Origin: Pseudomonadota bacterium
GTDB taxonomy: Bacteria > Campylobacterota > Campylobacteria > Campylobacterales > Sulfurimonadaceae
Reading direction: 5' to 3'
DNA: 64,000 nucleotides
Assembly: GCA_043797085.1 (NCBI GenBank)
Contig: JAZDQA010000008.1
Coordinates: 138,814 to 202,813 of the forward strand
Under the pieces are notes generated by a model, which searched no databases, was not told the origin of the DNA, and saw only the letters and a list, made by a program, of their open reading frames with translations. This document shows, in pieces, positions 22,670 to 31,604 of this stretch. Each line of letters opens with the position of its first letter. Position 1 is the first letter of the stretch. The position numbers and the translations under genes are program-made.

Positions 22670-23500
22670 TTATACAAATGCTTGAATAAATTCTTGAAGT
22701 GACATAGGGATCACTTCAATATTGTGTTTCTCGATAAACTTTTTCTCTTTTTTCCCCAGCTCTTGATCGGTGATGACGTATCCCCCCTCCAAATCAAAGC
22801 TAAGCTCATTGGCAACCATCCGATCGGTATCGTGACCGAAGGATGTCCCTAAAAAGAGATATTTTTTCGCTTTACGGTAGGTTTTGAGTACCTTCGGCAC
22901 GGCAAATCCACCCATCGCTTCGGTAAGCCAATCGACGTAATCGGCATCGGAGATGACAAAGGTCGGATTAGGAAGCGGTGATCCCATCGGTTTAAAGAGG
23001 ATTTTTTCGGCATTATCCAGTACCTCGTCATCTACGAGAAAATACTTTTGATTTTCAACATCGTACTCATACGTTTCATAGCGATTTAGATCACCCATGA
23101 TACGTGATTTTCCGATGATGAGACAGTGCGGTGTAAATGCGAGAAGCTCTTGAAGCTTCGTGTCGCGGTTGGTATCAACGATGTAGCGAGGAAGCATATC
23201 GACTATCGCTTTGTGCAACGGTGTCGGGTCAAACGGCTTGGTATAAATATGATTGATAAGCTGTGTCATATACTCCACACCGCGACGCTGTTCCAAATGC
23301 ATCGCCGCACGTGAGTACTCAAACATGAGGCGTGGTGCCATAGCCCGCCCGCCATTCATCGCCAAAATCAGCGAATCACTGTCATGAGGAACCGCTTCAC
23401 CCTCTTTGGTCATGATTCCCTCAAATACACCTAATCCGAAGTAGGGAATGGTGGTCTGATTGCGTAACTCTTTTTTGATTGTTTCGATTTGTGTATCCAT
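22670..23500 (-). CDS. SIR2-like (SIR2_2) protein of the type found in nif clusters
   Basis: IPYFGLG, DTNRD (cf. TTNYD), KPMGSP (cf. KLHGS), ISDADYVDWL, LFLGTS (cf. LFIGYS). Confidence 0.75.
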   Translation of the reverse strand: MDTQIETIKKELRNQTTIPYFGLGVFEGIMTKEGEAVPHDSDSLILAMNGGRAMAPRLMFEYSRAAMHLEQRRGVEYMTQLINHIYTKPFDPTPLHKAIVDMLPRYIVDTNRDTKLQELLAFTPHCLIIGKSRIMGDLNRYETYEYDVENQKYFLVDDEVLDNAEKILFKPMGSPLPNPTFVISDADYVDWLTEAMGGFAVPKVLKTYRKAKKYLFLGTSFGHDTDRMVANELSFDLEGGYVITDQELGKKEKKFIEKHNIEVIPMSLQEFIQAFV

Positions 23501-23532
23501 CGTGATCCCTTTTGGAACTTTGAATGGAATAT

Positions 23533-23548
23533 TGCATTTTGCGTTCTT
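23533..23548 (-). promoter_or_regulatory. Putative sigma54-type promoter of SIR2-clpP-clpX
   Basis: Minus strand aAGAACgcaaaATGCA, AG-N10-GC spacing. Confidence 0.5.
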
Positions 23549-23630
23549 GTTGGAAATAGGAGTAAAATTATCTTATTTTGTAGGATTTTGGAGAGAATGG
23601 GGTGATAAGGGACAAAAATGTCACCTCTAC

Positions 23631-24137
23631 TTACCCGTGACACCCTTTGCCTGTATAACAGCTATTGGCAGCGACGATCTTTGCAAGTGCTTTGTCAATA
23701 CTAAATGGAGCGTTTAGATCACTTAGTATTTCATGGTAGAAGACTGCTCCATCTTTGGAGATAATAAATAGCGATTTGGCAAGTTCTTTGCTAGAAAGTC
23801 GAACACCGTAATAATCCCCGTATGCCTCATCATAATCATATCCGCTTAACCACTCTTGGAGTGTTGGCAATTCATGTTGGTCATTTGCGACGATGAGCGC
23901 TTTGGTAATTCCTCCCAGTGCATTGAGCGAGAGAAGCGTATCCACCTCAGTTAACTGAGAAATGAGTGCTTCATCGATAAATGCTGTACTAATAAGGAGT
24001 TGTGTAAATCCGTTTTGCCCTCCGATGGTAAATGTCTCATCCTTGTGATTTTTAAGGCTCACTTTTTCAGAGGCATAACCGACATCGAGAGGCATATCTT
24101 CAAGATACAGCGTGGATGTGTTGTAATTTATCTGCAA
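23631..24137 (-). CDS. Thiol peroxidase (Tpx)-fold / redoxin-like protein lacking the peroxidatic Cys
   Basis: Resembles Tpx (LDVG, YGDYYGV, LAKSLFIISKDGAVFYHEI); only Cys are in the C-terminal CYTGKGCH; TTG start with AGGAG RBS. Confidence 0.6.
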   Translation of the reverse strand: MQINYNTSTLYLEDMPLDVGYASEKVSLKNHKDETFTIGGQNGFTQLLISTAFIDEALISQLTEVDTLLSLNALGGITKALIVANDQHELPTLQEWLSGYDYDEAYGDYYGVRLSSKELAKSLFIISKDGAVFYHEILSDLNAPFSIDKALAKIVAANSCYTGKGCHG

Positions 24138-24543
24138 TTTCGACTCCTATAATAAAATGGTTCATTGCTTCGTGTATCGTTTTCATAAAGGGAGGAATCT
24201 TATGAATTTTTATCCCGACGTTGCGCATCGCATAAAAGGTATTGAGACAATATTGACCTGTGATGAGATAGTCGCATTTGCCGATGACTTCCAAAAGTGC
24301 GTAATGCTCACTGATGTGGTGAGGATCGAGGCTCTTATCTGTGTCGCAGCTGCTTTCTTTCATCTTTGGATCACACACCATCTCCCCATCGCATTTCTTC
24401 CAAGGGTTAAGTTTGGACCCAATATGCCGATAGCGAATGTCGTTACGTTCTCCGGTAAGCTCATACAGTGCGAACATTATTGCGCTACACGGATTGTAGT
24501 GGTAGACACGCTTGAATGCATCTATCGGTATAGCAACGATCAT
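24100..24543 (-). CDS. NifX/NifB-like (FeMo-co binding fold) protein, divergent
   Basis: MIVAIP...FALYE...CDYLI...GIKI...IHEAM pattern of the NifX/NifB/IssA fold, with an extra Cys-rich insert; AAGGAG RBS before ATG 24543. Confidence 0.55.
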   Translation of the reverse strand: MIVAIPIDAFKRVYHYNPCSAIMFALYELTGERNDIRYRHIGSKLNPWKKCDGEMVCDPKMKESSCDTDKSLDPHHISEHYALLEVIGKCDYLITGQYCLNTFYAMRNVGIKIHKIPPFMKTIHEAMNHFIIGVEIADKLQHIHAVS

Positions 24544-24571
24544 TGTCAGCTCCTTATATTGACTAGATTTA

Positions 24572-24587
24572 TGCAATTTTTATTCTT
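24572..24587 (-). promoter_or_regulatory. Putative sigma54-type promoter of the NifX-like/Tpx-like genes
   Basis: Minus strand aAGAATaaaaaTTGCA, AG-N10-GC. Confidence 0.45.
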
Positions 24588-24628
24588 GCTTTCATTATGT
24601 ATAGGGTTTAAAAAGAAGACAACGGCTT

Positions 24629-24644
24629 TGTTTGGATAAATACA
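24629..24644. promoter_or_regulatory. NifA-type upstream activator site TGT-N10-ACA between the divergent nif promoters
   Basis: TGT-ttggataaat-ACA, midway between the two divergent sigma54-like motifs. Confidence 0.5.
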
Positions 24645-24683
24645 AAATTGTCACGATTGCACTCCGATTTCTTCATAATCGAT

Positions 24684-24699
24684 AAGAACGCTATTTGCA
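24684..24699 (+). promoter_or_regulatory. Putative sigma54-type promoter of the nifB operon
   Basis: aAGAACgctatTTGCA, AG-N10-GC. Confidence 0.55.
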
Positions 24700-24773
24700 T
24701 AACTGGATTTCAGATAATGATTGGCACCGGATGAGGCAAGATCATTGAAAAATGATAATAACAAGGAGATACT

Positions 24774-26189
24774 ATGAGCTGTTCATCAACTGGAACTGAA
24801 GCTTTTATGCCCGATGATATTAAGGAAAAGATCCACAATCATCCATGCTATTCTGAGGGTGCCCACCACCACTATGCCCGTATTCACGTAGCGGTTGCCC
24901 CTGCGTGCAATATCCAATGCAATTATTGTAACCGTAAATACGACTGTTCGAACGAGTCACGTCCGGGTGTAACCTCTGAGCGCCTCTCGCCTGTGGAAGC
25001 CGCGAAGAAAGTCATGTTCGTCGGCGGAGAAGTACAACGTATGAGCGTACTTGGGATTGCAGGTCCCGGCGATGCGTTGGCGAATCCTAAAAAGACGTTT
25101 GAGACGTTTGGAATGGTGCGTGAGTTTGCTCCGGATCTTAAACTGTGTCTCTCTACAAACGGATTGGAATTGCCTAATTTTATCGATGAAATGGTCGAAT
25201 ACAATATCGATCATATCACCGTCACCATTAACAGCGTTGATGAGACGGGAGAGATCGGAAGTTTGATTTATCCGTGGATTTTCCATAATAACAAGCGTAT
25301 TTATGGAAAAGAAGCCGCACAAATCCTCCTTGAAAATCAGCTTGAGGGGATGCGTAAATGTGTCGAAAAAGGGATTTTGATCAAAGCCAATTCCGTTTTG
25401 ATCCCAGGTATTAACGATCAGCATCTACCGGAAGTATCCCGCAAACTCAAAGAGATCGGCGTGTTTTTGCACAACATTATGCCTATTCTTTCCGAGCCTG
25501 AGTTCGGAACCAAATTTGCCCTCGATGGCGTTCCTAGTGCGACCGATCAAGAGCAAATGGCAGCTCAAGAAGCATGCGGTCATGATATGAAACTCATGCA
25601 GCACTGCCGTCAGTGCCGTGCGGATGCCGTAGGGCTTATCGGTGAAGACCGTGGCGGAGAGTTTACGAAAGATACGTTTGCAGGGCTTAGTTTCGATGAG
25701 CTACAAATCAAATACGATCTCGAAGCGCGTCAAGAAGCACAAGCGAAGATCGAAGAATTCCGATTCTTCCTTGATCGTGCAAATGACCGTGTTCGAAAAG
25801 AAAAAGAAGAACTCAGCTCCAACGGTGTGACAATCCTCGTTGCGGTTACGACTGCGGGCGAGGGGATGATTAACATGCACTTCGGAAGCGTTAAAGAGTT
25901 CTTGATTTACGAAGCAGGGGACAAAGGTATACGATTTATCCATCATCGTAAAGTCGATGCAGAATATTGTGCAGGTCCAGACGGTACTAATCCGCTCGCT
26001 CCGATTTTAGAGAAACTCAAAGACGTACAGATGGTTCTGACTGCAAAAATCGGCGGATGCCCGCAAGATGATCTAAAAGCAGCCGGAATTGTGGCAGATC
26101 AAAGCTATGCGTATGAGCCGATTGAGATTTCGGTACTGAAAGCATCACGCAAATATTTCGGTGTGGATGAAAACGCGGAAGTGAATTAA
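24774..26189 (+). CDS. nifB: Nitrogenase cofactor biosynthesis radical SAM protein NifB, with C-terminal NifX-like domain
   Basis: HPC, RIHVAVAPACNIQCNYCNR, ESRPG, AGPGDAL, HCRQCRADAVG; C-terminal HFG domain. Confidence 0.97.
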   Translation: MSCSSTGTEAFMPDDIKEKIHNHPCYSEGAHHHYARIHVAVAPACNIQCNYCNRKYDCSNESRPGVTSERLSPVEAAKKVMFVGGEVQRMSVLGIAGPGDALANPKKTFETFGMVREFAPDLKLCLSTNGLELPNFIDEMVEYNIDHITVTINSVDETGEIGSLIYPWIFHNNKRIYGKEAAQILLENQLEGMRKCVEKGILIKANSVLIPGINDQHLPEVSRKLKEIGVFLHNIMPILSEPEFGTKFALDGVPSATDQEQMAAQEACGHDMKLMQHCRQCRADAVGLIGEDRGGEFTKDTFAGLSFDELQIKYDLEARQEAQAKIEEFRFFLDRANDRVRKEKEELSSNGVTILVAVTTAGEGMINMHFGSVKEFLIYEAGDKGIRFIHHRKVDAEYCAGPDGTNPLAPILEKLKDVQMVLTAKIGGCPQDDLKAAGIVADQSYAYEPIEISVLKASRKYFGVDENAEVN

Positions 26190-26193
26190 TACC

Positions 26194-27309
26194 ATGGCAC
26201 TCATAAATGACACTACTTTGCGCGACGGAGAGCAAGCTGCTTACGTCGCATTCAATACCGAGGAAAAAATCCGCATCGCAACATTGCTGGATGCATGCGG
26301 AGCGGATGAACTCGAAATTGGTATTGCGGCAATGGGTGTCAAAGAACGCGAGGATATAAAAACGCTTCTTTCTCTGGGTTTGAGAGCGCGAATGATGACG
26401 TGGAATCGGATGAAGATGGAGGATCTTGATGCATCGCTTTCTTGCGGTGTGCAAGCGGTTGATTTATCGATTCCCATTTCGGATCTTTTGATCGATGTCA
26501 AATTCGGCGGAAGTAAAATAAAAGTATTGCACGAACTCGAACGTGTCGTTACGGCTGCCACTCGCGAAGGACTGTTTGTCTGTATTGGCGGCGAAGACAG
26601 TTCACGGGGCAGTTTTGAATTTATCAAAGATGTGATGGAACTTTCCCGTGAATGCGGAGCACAGCGTTTCCGCTATTGCGATACGATCGGTATTATGACA
26701 CCTACACAAACGTATAAAGCGGTCAAGTCACTGACGGATTTAAATCTCCTCCCGATAGAAATGCACACGCACAACGATTTTGGACTCGCCAACGCCAATG
26801 CCCTCAGCGGCATCGACGCAGGGGCAATCAGTATGAACACGACGGTCATGGGTTTAGGCGAGAGGGCGGGTAATGCTTCATTTGAACAGATTCTCATGGC
26901 ATTGAAACATCTTTACGGCGAGGCACGCCCCATTGACCCTCTCTTGATACGAAATCTGGTTGGAACGGTAGCAAGTGCCGCTAACATGACACTTGCACCC
27001 AATGCCCCTATCGTGGGAGAACATATCTTCGCCCACGAGAGTGGCATTCATGCAAGCGGTATGATGAAAGACTCCCATGCGTATGAACCGTATTCAGCAT
27101 GTGAAGTAGGATTGGAAAGTTCGTATCCTATCGGTAAACACTCTGGAAGTGCAACGATCCGCTACCATCTCAAACGGATGGGAATCAGTGCGGATAACAG
27201 CATCTTAAGTGATCTTCTCCCAAAAATCCGAGAGATCGTTACTTCACGTAAGCGGGTATTGGATGTATTCGAACTTAAATCTCTCTATCAGGATGCAGCA
27301 TGTATATAG
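26194..27309 (+). CDS. nifV: Homocitrate synthase NifV
   Basis: DTTLRDGEQ, EDSSR, HTHNDFGLA, GLGERAGNA, HESGIH, GKHSG; directly after nifB. Confidence 0.9.
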   Translation: MALINDTTLRDGEQAAYVAFNTEEKIRIATLLDACGADELEIGIAAMGVKEREDIKTLLSLGLRARMMTWNRMKMEDLDASLSCGVQAVDLSIPISDLLIDVKFGGSKIKVLHELERVVTAATREGLFVCIGGEDSSRGSFEFIKDVMELSRECGAQRFRYCDTIGIMTPTQTYKAVKSLTDLNLLPIEMHTHNDFGLANANALSGIDAGAISMNTTVMGLGERAGNASFEQILMALKHLYGEARPIDPLLIRNLVGTVASAANMTLAPNAPIVGEHIFAHESGIHASGMMKDSHAYEPYSACEVGLESSYPIGKHSGSATIRYHLKRMGISADNSILSDLLPKIREIVTSRKRVLDVFELKSLYQDAACI

Positions 27310-28127
27310 GGTGGTTAAAGTTTGTTGATGTTCCTGAATTGATTAAAATTTCCGAAGAGACGGGCTGGCTGCTGGATGGTTATCATGTCAAACTCATGAT
27401 GATGCATGCCCCGCATTTGTGTTATGGAGCATACGATGAGGGGGTTCTTGTCGGTGCTGTGATGGCAATCGAGTTTGAATCCTCCGCAATGATAAAATAT
27501 TTCATGGTTAAACCCACACATCAAAAGCAGGGGATCGGACGGCGGCTTTTTAATACCCTCTTTGGTGTTTTAAAAGAAGAACACCCATCGCTGTATTTGC
27601 ACGCCAATCCGCATCTTCAAACTTTTTTCGAGCAGAGCGGTTTTAAAGCGGTTATGGAAGTAGGGCGATATCTGAATGTCGGCAAAGTCCCTCCGTTTAG
27701 TTTTACCAATGCACAAGCCAAAGAGCTTGACGGCGGAAACTTCGACGCGATGATTCGCAAAATTGATTTTGAGACGTTCGGTGAAGATCGGATGGGCTTT
27801 ATGCTCGATGAGATGGAACGTAACAGTTCGCTGAAATTTGCTCTTCCAAACTCGTTTCAGCACTCAAGCGTTATCAATGCGCGCGGAGTTTATCTGGGAC
27901 CATGGCAATGCCGTGAGGGGTTTGAAGAGGAAGCGGAAAAAATGATGCAGGGAGTTTTGTATTTTAGAGGATTAAAGAAAGTCCTCTCCGATATTCCAAT
28001 GGGAAATACAAAAGCCGTTGCATTGTACGAGAAATACCACTTTCAACAAAAAGGGACGTTTATCCACATGTCGTATGGTGAAGCTCATGCTGTCAAATTT
28101 GAAAATATCTACGCATTTTCACTTTAA
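27300..28127 (+). CDS. GNAT-family acetyltransferase (two-domain, YitH-like)
   Basis: VKPTHQKQGIGRRL acetyl-CoA motif A; second degenerate domain (LGPW, NTKAVALYEKYHF). Confidence 0.75.
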   Translation: MYIGWLKFVDVPELIKISEETGWLLDGYHVKLMMMHAPHLCYGAYDEGVLVGAVMAIEFESSAMIKYFMVKPTHQKQGIGRRLFNTLFGVLKEEHPSLYLHANPHLQTFFEQSGFKAVMEVGRYLNVGKVPPFSFTNAQAKELDGGNFDAMIRKIDFETFGEDRMGFMLDEMERNSSLKFALPNSFQHSSVINARGVYLGPWQCREGFEEEAEKMMQGVLYFRGLKKVLSDIPMGNTKAVALYEKYHFQQKGTFIHMSYGEAHAVKFENIYAFSL

Positions 28128-28134
28128 TTTGAAC

Positions 28135-28202
28135 GAGGCAGGAGTAAAACCCCTGCCTCTACGCTTGCCGCTATGGCACTAAAGCTTGCCCCTTTGGGGG
28201 CA
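28135..28202 (-). repeat. REP-like hairpin cluster (GTAG-type)
   Basis: Minus strand GTAG-AGGCAGG-ggttttact-CCTGCCT, plus a second hairpin TGCCCC-tttg-GGGGCA at 28187-28202. Confidence 0.5.
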
Positions 28203-28224
28203 GAATTTTTGAAAGGATTATTCC

Positions 28225-28449
28225 ATGAACCTGCTTGAAAGCTGTGTGAATGAAAAATGCAAAGTCCTTTCTATAGATTTGAGTGATGATCTAAAGCGAC
28301 ATCTTTGTGATATGGGACTGTGTGCGAATGCTACCGTGTGCGTTAAACGGTATGGTTTGTTCAAAAGCAGTGTCCAAGTCCAAATTGGTCAGAGATTGAT
28401 TGCACTGGGAAAAAATCAAGCCCGAAACATTGAGATACGTGTAGCCTAA
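28225..28449 (+). CDS. feoA: FeoA-family SH3-like protein
   Basis: LCDMGL...VCVKR...VQVQI...IALGKNQARNIEI FeoA pattern. Confidence 0.8.
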   Translation: MNLLESCVNEKCKVLSIDLSDDLKRHLCDMGLCANATVCVKRYGLFKSSVQVQIGQRLIALGKNQARNIEIRVA

Positions 28450-28486
28450 CTTTAGGCGTATAAAATTAAATAAAAAGGGAACGATT

Positions 28487-28684
28487 ATGTCTGAAATGAC
28501 CGAAGTAGAACACAAAAAAGAGTTGGCAAAGCTCAAACGTTTGGCGATTGAAGTTGCCTCTGAAATTCACGATATTGTTGAAGACACGGTTTGGAGTAAT
28601 CACGTGAAAATGCCTGAACTGGCTGAAAAACTCTACATTGCCGTCGAAAAAGCAAATGCGTATAAAGCAGAGCACTCTCTGTAA
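28487..28684 (+). CDS. CCE_0567 / DUF683 (Rop-like) nif-associated small protein
   Basis: KLKRLA...EIHDIVED.....H helical hairpin pattern of nif-cluster DUF683; RBS present. Confidence 0.7.
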   Translation: MSEMTEVEHKKELAKLKRLAIEVASEIHDIVEDTVWSNHVKMPELAEKLYIAVEKANAYKAEHSL

Positions 28685-28695
28685 AGGAGGCTCGT

Positions 28696-28974
28696 ATGCC
28701 TACCAAAGAAGAAATCTTAGCCCACGAAATCTGTGAATGCGGCGGCAAGAGTGTTGCCGATGCTATCAAAATATTTCAAGATACCTCCCTTCCTTATAAA
28801 AAAGCCAAAAAACTCGTTACCGAGTGTGACAAGAGCTGCTGCCGTGCTGCACTTCTACGAATATTTGATATGGCGTATACGGGTAAATTTGATTACGATG
28901 AGATCGATCGACTCATTCAATTACGCAACGATAAACTGGGCGAAATACTCGAGAGGATGAAAAGTGGGCGCTGA
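28696..28974 (+). CDS. Small BFD-like putative [2Fe-2S] protein
   Basis: ICEC...CDKSCC spacing resembling the BFD / NifU central domain; AAGGAGG RBS. Confidence 0.5.
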   Translation: MPTKEEILAHEICECGGKSVADAIKIFQDTSLPYKKAKKLVTECDKSCCRAALLRIFDMAYTGKFDYDEIDRLIQLRNDKLGEILERMKSGR

Positions 28975-29425
28975 AATAACCATTCGAGACGCTCATTATG
29001 ATGATGTTGGCGTAATGGCTGCTTTGTTGGTAGAGTTGTTTCTTATAGAAGACGATTTTAGCATTGACATTGAGAAACAAATACAGGGGTTAGAACTCTT
29101 ACTCGAAACCCAAAACTGCCTTGTTTTGGTTGCTGAAATTTCCGGACAAGTGATAGGAATGATTTCCATGCAAGGTCTTGTTTCTACTGCGATGGGTGAA
29201 CGTGTAGGTTTAATCGAAGACATGATCGTATCGCATGAGTTTCGCGGTATCGGAGTTGGTCGATTACTTCTTGGTTCTATGCTTGAACATGCAAATAGTC
29301 TTGGGTATGGACGTATTGCATTGGGAGCGGATAGACGAAATGAACGAGCTATTAATTTTTATTCTAAGTTTGGATTTGAGACGAGCAATATGGGGTTGAT
29401 GTATTATCTACCCCGTGCTCCATAA
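28964..29425 (+). CDS. GNAT-family N-acetyltransferase
   Basis: IEDMIVSHEFRGIGVGRLLL, NERAINFYSKFGF. Confidence 0.88.
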   Translation: MGAEITIRDAHYDDVGVMAALLVELFLIEDDFSIDIEKQIQGLELLLETQNCLVLVAEISGQVIGMISMQGLVSTAMGERVGLIEDMIVSHEFRGIGVGRLLLGSMLEHANSLGYGRIALGADRRNERAINFYSKFGFETSNMGLMYYLPRAP

Positions 29426-29961
29426 TGATAAGCGCCTTTATCTTCGAAAACCTCTTTGATTTCTAATACAACAGGTGTTGATTTCTCTTGCTGGGTAAAA
29501 TGGCTTAATTCGTCAAATTTCTCATCCGATAAACTCATCAGCTGTGCTTCAAAAATACGGAGTTTTTGTTTTAGTTTATCTGAGAGCTGGACAATCTCTT
29601 CATAATAGCGTTGAGAGAATTCGATTTCATGGGAACTTGCACGCGTTTTCCCCCCTAAAAATTCACTCAGAAGATTACGTTTTCTATTTCCATAATAGAT
29701 AGGATAAATTTTCGTGTATTTATCATGTAACTCCATTAAGAGAGTTTCAATATCTTCGAGTGCTAATTGACTTGTTCCTAAGCTAAAAAGCATTGCTTCA
29801 TTGTAATACCATACTCCAAATTGTGAATGGGTTGCATCCAGCGTGATTTGTTTCTCATCGACATCAATACCGGAAACCAGCAGTTTGATTGCGTTGACCC
29901 AGCGTATATGTGCGGTTCTGGCTTGATGCATGTTATGGATAAATTTTTCTTTATTGGTCAT
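29404..29961 (-). CDS. Stand-alone, degenerate CZB (chemoreceptor zinc-binding) domain protein
   Basis: AHIRWV...SQFGVWYY...ELH matches the CZB pattern, with the Cys replaced by Ser. Confidence 0.65.
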   Translation of the reverse strand: MTNKEKFIHNMHQARTAHIRWVNAIKLLVSGIDVDEKQITLDATHSQFGVWYYNEAMLFSLGTSQLALEDIETLLMELHDKYTKIYPIYYGNRKRNLLSEFLGGKTRASSHEIEFSQRYYEEIVQLSDKLKQKLRIFEAQLMSLSDEKFDELSHFTQQEKSTPVVLEIKEVFEDKGAYHYGARGR

Positions 29962-30162
29962 AGCAGCCCCTTTTTTACGGAAGTTTAACCATTTAGGATG
30001 ATTTATTCGCAGATAGACAGTTTAATTTTTAATCAGTTGATAAATATTGGGTGAGAAATGTCGTAATTTTAACGAAGCTGACCCCTGCAACTCATATTCC
30101 TACAATTTTGTTTCATTGTCGTAACTTTGTAACGGTTGTTTTGCTAAATGTCCAAAAAACCG

Positions 30163-30178
30163 TAGAACACCCTTTGCA
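30163..30178 (+). promoter_or_regulatory. Putative sigma54-type promoter of nifH
   Basis: tAGAACaccctTTGCA, AG-N10-GC, about 35 nt before the nifH ATG; near-UAS TGT-N10-ACG at 30059-30074. Confidence 0.6.
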
Positions 30179-30204
30179 TCTATCTGGATGAAGTTCAAAA
30201 ATAA

Positions 30205-31128
<924 letters not shown>

Positions 31129-31137
31129 GTAAAACGG

Positions 31138-31153
31138 TTCCTCTTTTGAGGAA
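31138..31153 (+). terminator. Intercistronic hairpin after nifH (mRNA stability element or partial terminator)
   Basis: TTCCTC-tttt-GAGGAA, 10 nt after the nifH stop. Confidence 0.45.
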
Positions 31154-31230
31154 TCTTCAATGGCTGTCATGTAAATGACCAATAACATCTTGTTAATAAT
31201 GAAAAGAAAACAACAGAAAAAGGAGATTAG

Positions 31231-31590
31231 ATGTTTGTATTAGGTTTTCACTTCCCAGCTTCAATGGGGAATCAAGTTCCAGACGAATTAGTTGCAGAAA
31301 AAATTGCCGATGTTGATATCAGTGACGTTAAAGAGATCAAACTTTTGATGGGTACTAAAGAGAGAGATAAAGAGTGGTTGAGCTACACGAACAAAGATAC
31401 GTTCTTGTTCCGTGCAATGGTTCATTACTTCAAAGAAGAGAACCCAGATAGTATTCAAAAATACATGATCTACATGAACCGTTACCAAATGTCTGCTATC
31501 TCTAAACGTGTTGATGCAGCAGATGATGAGACAATGAAATTGTGTCATAACTTAGATTCGATGGAACAATTCCGCATCGAAATCGCGTAA
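31231..31590 (+). CDS. Hypothetical protein between nifH and nifD
   Basis: Strong AAGGAG RBS, 119 aa, codon style like the flanking nif structural genes; family not recognised. Confidence 0.8.
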   Translation: MFVLGFHFPASMGNQVPDELVAEKIADVDISDVKEIKLLMGTKERDKEWLSYTNKDTFLFRAMVHYFKEENPDSIQKYMIYMNRYQMSAISKRVDAADDETMKLCHNLDSMEQFRIEIA

Positions 31591-31604
31591 GGAAGAGGTG
31601 TACT

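Noticed and set aside
22670..23500. SIR2 protein as an anti-phage system (Thoeris/DSR/Sir2-HerA)
   Set aside because: No defence partners, the catalytic His appears absent, and context and promoter are nif-like.
24157..24639. 160-aa plus-strand ORF, and the many other short antisense/nested ORFs in the track
   Set aside because: They are shadows of well-supported genes on the other strand or frame, with no RBS or recognisable motifs.
24721..24737. TTGGCAC resembling a canonical sigma54 -24 box before nifB
   Set aside because: No GC at the -12 position (GG-N10-GG).
28174..28189. TGGCACtaaagcTTGC before feoA as a sigma54 promoter
   Set aside because: Spacing is GG-N11-GC, one base too long, and it lies inside the hairpin cluster.
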